A DNA stretch of 37,895 bases from a virus (lineage: Duplodnaviria; Caudoviricetes): the IMG/VR virus record IMGVR_UViG_3300010398_000009, positions 1 through 37,895 of that record; one strand, given 5' to 3'. Position 1 is the stretch's first letter, and every line of letters begins with the position of its first letter. The notes beneath the pieces were generated by a model. That model had not been told where the DNA came from and did no database searches. It saw only the letters and a list, made by a program, of their open reading frames with translations. Shown piece after piece: positions 33,804-37,895 of the stretch. The translations under genes and the position numbers were made by a program.

Positions 33804-35258
33804 ATGGATCTGGGTTCCGCTTACGCAGCCGGAGGAGCGGCGGACGCGCTCCAGGAAATCGTCAAGCAACGGCTTCTGGAACAGCAGCAAGCGAACCAGG
33901 AAGCCCAGCAAGCCTTTGAGCGTCAGATGCGGACGCAAGAGAACGCGCGCGCGGAGAAGGAACAAGCGGATCGCGAAGCGTCGACCAAATGGCAGCAAGC
34001 GAAGGACCAGCGCGACGCGGCGTTGAAGCAGTTCGAATATATGTCCGGCCAACCGCTGTCCGCGTTGGAGGATCCGTCGAAGCCGGGACAGATGAACGCG
34101 CAGACGGGACTCGGCGGACTGGCGAACGCGCTTCCAAATACCGATCTGTTCGCGCATACGACGACGGCTCCGACCGCGGTCCAACCGCAAGCGGCGACAG
34201 GTCCGGCTCCGGTCGTTCTCGCACGGAAGACGGTCACCGTTCCAGGGATCGGATCGGTCGCTCCTATGACGCTGACTCCGCAGAGCGCGGAGGACATCGC
34301 GAGCGCGAAAGCGTCGGACGAATATACGAAGGCGAAGATCGCGGAAAGCGTTAAAGATTACACGCTGGCACCAGGAGCGAAGCTGGTCAATGCGGCCGGA
34401 ACGACGCTCGCGACAGGCGGCGAAAAGGAAGAAACGGATCGCCTGAGTCGCTGGCTGGCGGCGAAGGCGGCTGCCAAAGGGAGTCCGCTTACGCCGCAAG
34501 AGACTCAAGCGGCCATCGCGGAGGATGCACGACTGAGTCAAGATCCGAATTACAAAGCGCTCCAGGAAGCCGTCTTAGGTTTGACGTTCGCGCAGAAGAA
34601 TCGCGAATTGGCGAACGCTCCGAGTGATGCCGACGTCGAACGCTGGAGCGATATGCTGGCGGATCCGAATCATCCGGCATCGCTGAACGACGTGCGTCAA
34701 GCGATGTCGCAAGCCGGGAAGATGGGCGAAGGGATCTACAACCAAATCATCATGCGGACGCGACAGAAAAATCCGTCGTTCAATCTGCAAGCGGCGGAAG
34801 CGCAGTCGCGGACGAACCTGTCGCCGGAGACGCAGCAGAAAATAGAGAATCTGAACCAGTTGGACACGGCGTTGACGAACCTGGAGACCGCGTCGAAGCA
34901 ATTTCCGCGAACGCCATGGAGCACGCCCAACCAGCTATGGGGATGGGCGGCGAACACGTTTGGCAACGAAGGCGCGGCCAAACTCCAGTCCGATACAGAA
35001 ATGGTGCGCGGACTCATTCCGACGCTGGGACTCAAAAACCAGAAGGAAATCGATCAGACGATCAGTTCTGGAATGGGCGGAGCGAAGATGCAAACGGCGA
35101 TTGATACGCTCCGCGCGCAGTCGAAAGCGATGCGGGACGCGATCTCCAAAGCGTCCGGCCAGACGTCTGCGGGTCCGGCTGGCGGTTCCAGCGGGACCGC
35201 TGGCGGATCGGTTCAGCGCGTCAACGGACGGTTGGTCTGGGTTCCAGACGGGAAATAG
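33804..35258 (+). CDS. Putative DNA ejection protein (coiled-coil)
   Basis: GGAG RBS and a Q/E/A-rich helical sequence. Confidence 0.6.
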   Translation: MDLGSAYAAGGAADALQEIVKQRLLEQQQANQEAQQAFERQMRTQENARAEKEQADREASTKWQQAKDQRDAALKQFEYMSGQPLSALEDPSKPGQMNAQTGLGGLANALPNTDLFAHTTTAPTAVQPQAATGPAPVVLARKTVTVPGIGSVAPMTLTPQSAEDIASAKASDEYTKAKIAESVKDYTLAPGAKLVNAAGTTLATGGEKEETDRLSRWLAAKAAAKGSPLTPQETQAAIAEDARLSQDPNYKALQEAVLGLTFAQKNRELANAPSDADVERWSDMLADPNHPASLNDVRQAMSQAGKMGEGIYNQIIMRTRQKNPSFNLQAAEAQSRTNLSPETQQKIENLNQLDTALTNLETASKQFPRTPWSTPNQLWGWAANTFGNEGAAKLQSDTEMVRGLIPTLGLKNQKEIDQTISSGMGGAKMQTAIDTLRAQSKAMRDAISKASGQTSAGPAGGSSGTAGGSVQRVNGRLVWVPDGK

Positions 35259-35261
35259 GTC

Positions 35262-36338
35262 ATGCCGGATCCCACGACAAAGCTAGTCCCTGGTCCGGAC
35301 GGAAAAATGTATCCGTTTCCAGCCGACGCGACACCTGATGAGATCGTCAAGTTCTTTCAGGATCGCGAAGGACCAGCGCCAGTCCCAGCGACGCGGATTC
35401 CGCTCGCGTCGTCCATGTTCGGCTCGACGGGGATGTCCTACGATCCAGCGAAGCCATACGAAAACTTAAAGACGGCCGTTCGCGGTGCGCCAGTCGTCGC
35501 CGGAATCATGGCGGCTCCGTTGACGGCTGGCATGTCGGTTCCGGCATCAGCAACCGTCTCAGGCGGACTCGGCGCGCTGTCCGGACTGGCGGACGAAGCG
35601 ACGAGCGATAAGCCGACAGTCGCTGGAGCCGCTGGCAAGGCGACGCTGAGTGGCGCGCTCGCAGCCGGTATTGACGCGTTGACGCACGTTCCCGGAACTG
35701 GGAAGACGGTAACGGAAGCCGTCGAACAGATCGGACCGAAGATCGAGAACATCGCGGAAAAGCACTGGGCGGACATCGTCAAGCCAGCGGAGGGAGTCGC
35801 TAAAGACGTCGCGAGTCCAGAAGCCGTCGCCAAAACGACGCTGGGATCCGGTCGTGGCTGGGTTCAGATTCCTGGAACGAATGCGGCTGGGATTCGCGCG
35901 GGACTAAGCGACACTGATCAGGTCTTGGCGGACGCACTAGCGAGCGGTCAGAAGACGATCCCGCTAGAGACCCTCCATCCGGGAATGGGTCTGACTGGCG
36001 AGATCTCGACGCTCGACGCGGTCAAACAGTACGCGCAGAATCCAGCGGATATCGCCGCCAGCGCGACCGCCGCGACTGCGAAGCCGGGGAATCTCAAAAC
36101 GGCCGGACGTGCTGTCGGCTGGACCGCGCTCACGGGACATCCGCTGGCGGCTATCGCCGCCTATCTGAAGTCGCCAGCCGGACAGACGCTGGCCGCTCAG
36201 GGACTCCATACCGCCGCTCCCGCGCTGGCGGCGATGACGCCATTTGTCAATCCGTCTGGCGCGCTACTGCGCGCCTATGTCCTCAACGCGCTCCAAGGCG
36301 GACAGGCTGGCAACCAGGACGACGGCTCCAAGGACTGA
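35262..36338 (+). CDS. Putative DNA ejection/transfer protein
   Basis: N-terminal GPDGKMYPFPADATPDEI motif typical of podoviral internal proteins, plus a G/A-rich hydrophobic segment. Confidence 0.6.
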   Translation: MPDPTTKLVPGPDGKMYPFPADATPDEIVKFFQDREGPAPVPATRIPLASSMFGSTGMSYDPAKPYENLKTAVRGAPVVAGIMAAPLTAGMSVPASATVSGGLGALSGLADEATSDKPTVAGAAGKATLSGALAAGIDALTHVPGTGKTVTEAVEQIGPKIENIAEKHWADIVKPAEGVAKDVASPEAVAKTTLGSGRGWVQIPGTNAAGIRAGLSDTDQVLADALASGQKTIPLETLHPGMGLTGEISTLDAVKQYAQNPADIAASATAATAKPGNLKTAGRAVGWTALTGHPLAAIAAYLKSPAGQTLAAQGLHTAAPALAAMTPFVNPSGALLRAYVLNALQGGQAGNQDDGSKD

Positions 36339-36341
36339 CGT

Positions 36342-36536
36342 ATGTATAAGTCCACAGCGCAACAGGGTCTATTCCATTCGAAGAACTCTCCGGTCGATCC
36401 GGCGACGGTCAACGAGTTCGATCAAGCGACGAAGGGCCACTTCGCCAAGCTGCCGGAGCACGTCAAAAAGCGTCGCGGGAAGGAAGTCTTTAAGGCGCGA
36501 CTGAAGGACGCGACAGAAGGCAAACCGGCCAAGTAA
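36342..36536 (+). CDS. Small conserved phage protein
   Basis: MYKS.AQ...FH...V.EFD.ATKG...LPEHVK pattern. Confidence 0.7.
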   Translation: MYKSTAQQGLFHSKNSPVDPATVNEFDQATKGHFAKLPEHVKKRRGKEVFKARLKDATEGKPAK

Positions 36537-36580
36537 CGCCATTCTGCAAGCTTTTTCTACAGATTTCTCCTGGTAGCGCG

Positions 36581-36610
36581 TTGACGCTTGCGCGCGCACT
36601 GGCTTAGAGT
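36581..36610 (+). promoter_or_regulatory. Promoter for the RHH gene
   Basis: TTGACG-N18-TAGAGT. Confidence 0.4.
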
Positions 36611-36675
36611 GTGCCTGTAAAGCGCCGTAATAAACGGCACAAAACACGGTCAACGCTTCCCAGCAGGAGACCCCT

Positions 36676-36867
36676 TTGCGATCCCCACGACACCGTCAGA
36701 TCGCGCCACGGTTAGCAAACGGCGATCCGCGCGTCGGCTTCGGTCATGGCTTACCGCCAGACGTCAAGGACGCGCTTCGCAAGATCGCGTATAAGCAGAA
36801 TCGAAGCATGTCTTGGATGATGGAGGAACTCATCATTAAACATTTCCGGATGCGAACGCCCGATTAA
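36676..36867 (+). CDS. Ribbon-helix-helix (Arc/CopG-like) regulator
   Basis: AGGAG RBS with TTG start, and LPPDVKDALRKIAYKQNRSMSWMMEELI. Confidence 0.7.
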   Translation: MRSPRHRQIAPRLANGDPRVGFGHGLPPDVKDALRKIAYKQNRSMSWMMEELIIKHFRMRTPD

Positions 36868-36892
36868 GCCTTTTTTTGTGCGCGAGTGCGCG

Positions 36893-37895
36893 TTATAGCT
36901 TGACCTTCCAGAGCGTATCGACGTCCAGGGACATCTTCGCGACAGCTTTTTGCATCCGGATCCGTGTCGCTTGTTCGGTGTAGTGCCGCGTCATCTGCGG
37001 CGTTGAATGGAGCATCAGTTCTTGGAGCGCGCGTTCGTCTTCCGTCAACAAGGCCATCATCGTTCCGCCCGTGTGTCTGGCGTCATAGGCGCGCATATGG
37101 CGGATCGTCGGCTTGCCGTGCGCGAGTCTCCAAGCGTTTTCTTTGGCAATCGCGCGCGTCAAACTGTCGTGCGGTCCGTTATAGCCGAACCAACCGAACG
37201 CGTTGACGCGGATGAAATTGCGGAGCGCGGCCACAGCCGGAGGGAGCACGGGAATCCATCCGCCGCGATGTCCGCCTTTGCCCTTGTGTCGATCCGCGAC
37301 ACGGATCCGCGCGTTGTCGAGATCAATGTCTCCAATAGTCAACGCTTGAAGTTGCTTCATCGGGAGCGCGGTCCACAGCATGACGCGGAGCCGCGCGCGG
37401 GTTTTTCCGTCGCGCTCCATCCGCGCGAGGACGCGATACCAGTCGCGCAATTCATGAAAGCGGATCACTTTGACGACGCGAAAATGCTTGATCGTCTTGG
37501 CCGGGTTTGGCGCTCCGTCGCCGTCGAGAATCGTCCAGATATGCGCGAGGACGTTCCGGTAGTGATTGAGCGTCGCGGGCATTAGGCCCAGTCCCTTATT
37601 CGGCGTTCTCGCGTGTCCTCGGAACGTCTGGAGGGACCGCAGACGCGTAAATGCTTCGCGGATGTCCAGGTGCGTGATCTCGGTACGCGGACGGTCTCCG
37701 AACTCATCCGCCCAGCGACGCGCGATGAATGACCGATTGGCGTTCGCGCCAACGGTCCGGATGTAGCGCTCGACGTCTGCGCGGAATCCGGGTTCGTCCT
37801 TCGTCGCCGCGCTCGCGTGTCCGTTGGTCGCCGCTCCCGCGATGCCGTGGCTCAGTTCGTATTTCTTGTCCTCTTGCCAGCGCTTTCGGACATGC
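36893..37895 (-). CDS. int: Tyrosine recombinase/integrase, core-binding and catalytic domains (starts at 245 across the junction)
   Basis: PATLNHYR, NPA, YDARHT and LQELMLHST.QMTRHY (catalytic Tyr). Box I is atypical (TALPMKQL). Confidence 0.88.
   Translation of the reverse strand, partial: HVRKRWQEDKKYELSHGIAGAATNGHASAATKDEPGFRADVERYIRTVGANANRSFIARRWADEFGDRPRTEITHLDIREAFTRLRSLQTFRGHARTPNKGLGLMPATLNHYRNVLAHIWTILDGDGAPNPAKTIKHFRVVKVIRFHELRDWYRVLARMERDGKTRARLRVMLWTALPMKQLQALTIGDIDLDNARIRVADRHKGKGGHRGGWIPVLPPAVAALRNFIRVNAFGWFGYNGPHDSLTRAIAKENAWRLAHGKPTIRHMRAYDARHTGGTMMALLTEDERALQELMLHSTPQMTRHYTEQATRIRMQKAVAKMSLDVDTLWKVKL
37773..37895. repeat. Terminal direct repeat, copy 2
   Basis: Identical to 1-123. 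Confidence 0.95.

Overview
This window looks like a complete, circular, GC-rich temperate dsDNA phage genome of 37,772 bp. Bases 1-123 are repeated exactly at 37773-37895, and a 374-aa tyrosine recombinase reads in frame across that junction. The morphogenesis module is podovirus-like (19.2-36.5 kb, + strand): portal, scaffold, major capsid protein (MCP), two paralogous decoration proteins, adaptor, nozzle, tail fibre and five Gly/Ala/Gln-rich ejection-type proteins, with no tape measure or tail tube. A cI/cro-like switch at 16.5-17.4 kb heads a leftward early operon: Xis-like HTH, ERF, YqaJ exonuclease, NinB-like, DUF1376 replication initiator with iterons, P-like loader and VRR-NUC. A rightward accessory block at 2.3-7.6 kb ends in a terS-like gene. 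The most unusual observations are: (1) an 84-aa protein that joins a twin-arginine-like N-terminus to a copy of the MCP N-terminal arm; (2) a dif-like Xer site plus an IHF box next to terS, in a phage that also has a separate attP-like region and an integrase lacking the canonical Box I Arg; (3) terL inverted head-to-head with the portal and about 10 kb from terS; (4) candidate structured RNAs at 11.4 kb and 6.0 kb; (5) a small gene apparently scrambled by three compensating +1 insertions; (6) no recognisable canonical endolysin. All family calls come from motifs recognised by eye, with no database searches, and the host cannot be determined from the sequence alone.
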